A DNA stretch of 17,926 nucleotides from Amoeboradix gromovi X-113 (taxonomy: Eukaryota; Fungi; Sanchytriomycota), in assembly GCA_018985225.1 (NCBI GenBank), contig JADGIF010000138.1, positions 1 to 17,926 of the forward strand, given 5' to 3'. The notes below the pieces were generated by a model that ran no database searches, was not told the DNA's origin, and worked only from the letters and a program-made list of their open reading frames with translations. The position numbers and the translations under genes were made by a program. Below are positions 17,304 through 17,926 of this stretch, in pieces. Each line of letters opens with the position of its first letter. The first letter of the stretch is position 1.

Positions 17304-17558
17304 TTACTTATATGGTTCATCTATGTAATCTAAAATTCTTTTGATATCGCTGGCTGAATATCTGTTTTCTATGTCAGGAACAATGCTGTACAAAGTGATA
17401 TAATTAGGTTTCAAATTAAGAATGCTGATCAGCTCATGCTGCTCAAAATCAAATTCTTTTAACCTGCTTAGTAGCTGCTCGCAATTAGAATTAAAACTTG
17501 TCTCCAGATATTTCGATGCTTCCTCATTTGTAATTACTACAGAATTTAGCAGTTTCAT
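17304..17558 (-). CDS. RPC17: RNA polymerase III subunit C17 (RPC17/RPC9, Rpb4-like HRDC fold), very short form
   Basis: MKLL....ITNEEA and L..L.EFDF...E...ILNL.P....LYSIVPDIENRY....I..ILD match the RPC17/CRCP pattern (LTNYEV; KLTKAE.LQ..N.RP......IVEE.EER). Confidence 0.75.
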   Translation of the reverse strand: MKLLNSVVITNEEASKYLETSFNSNCEQLLSRLKEFDFEQHELISILNLKPNYITLYSIVPDIENRYSASDIKRILDYIDEPYK

Positions 17559-17859
17559 TCCTTTATCCCTTTTTAGCTGATAAATTGGTGATAATACTCA
17601 CAATTTTAAGAGAACAAATACTTTCCGGGATCTCATTGTTTTATTAGTAAACAATTCTAAAGCCACTTCCAAATAGCTCTTGCAAGAAAAGTAAGTTGTA
17701 ACCACCTAGCAGCACCGATTAGCCTCTTCAACCCTAATTAAACTACAGTGGGCGCTAAAGTAGCCAAAGGTGATGTTTGAATGCAGCATTATTTTATGCG
17801 GCTTATATCTTAAGAACTGTTCCCGTGTGAGGCGGTGTACCAGTATGTGTTACCACCAA

Positions 17860-17926
17860 CAAGTGGGACATGCTCTGTAAAAACTAGACTAGACAATTTG
17901 TATCCAAATTTCAAAAATAAATATTC
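17860..17926. mobile_element. Left end of TIR element, copy 3, truncated by the window
   Basis: CAAGTGGGACATgctctgTAAAAACTAGACTA is a diverged TIR. It is followed by TTGTATccAAATTTCAAAAATAAATATTC, matching copy 2 13954-13982 at 27/29 nt. Confidence 0.8.

Noticed and set aside
17693-17806. Patchy resemblance to 5S rRNA (GTTG..CCA, AGCACCG, TCAAC, TTAA, AGTAG)
   Set aside because: Helix II does not pair, helix I relies on several G-U pairs and the 3' domain does not match; likely chance.
1-17926. CRISPR arrays, tRNA/rRNA genes, bacterial operon or defence system
   Set aside because: No regularly spaced direct repeats or cloverleafs were seen by eye, and the gene content and introns are eukaryotic.

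Overview
Gene-dense, AT-rich eukaryotic window, most consistent with a very compact genome of an early-diverging fungus or other holomycotan. The lineage is inferred from gene content, GT-AG introns and standard TAA/TAG/TGA stops; it is not determined. About 15 protein genes: SPATA20/YyaL (5'-truncated), a hypothetical protein, glutamate 5-kinase, UMP-CMP kinase, a catalytically degenerate GPI-type polysaccharide deacetylase, a Mad3/BUB1-TPR-like protein, an equilibrative nucleoside transporter, an IRC3-like helicase, two tandem paralogous low-complexity proteins, a class 3 lipase, a MNWTGG (HEIP1/REDIC1-like) protein, ferrochelatase, LSG1 and RPC17. The supplied ORF track uses TTG/GTG starts and ignores splicing, so several models were corrected. 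Main observations: (1) 20-21 nt spliceosomal micro-introns that share the 3' end TAATGTAG, with the branch point fused to the acceptor; (2) A(A/G)TAAA polyadenylation-like signals fused to or next to the stop codon in 14 of 15 genes; (3) three internally deleted copies of one TA-flanked Tc1/mariner-type MITE family; (4) a decayed Ty3/Gypsy RNase H fragment. All analysis was done by eye, with no database searches.
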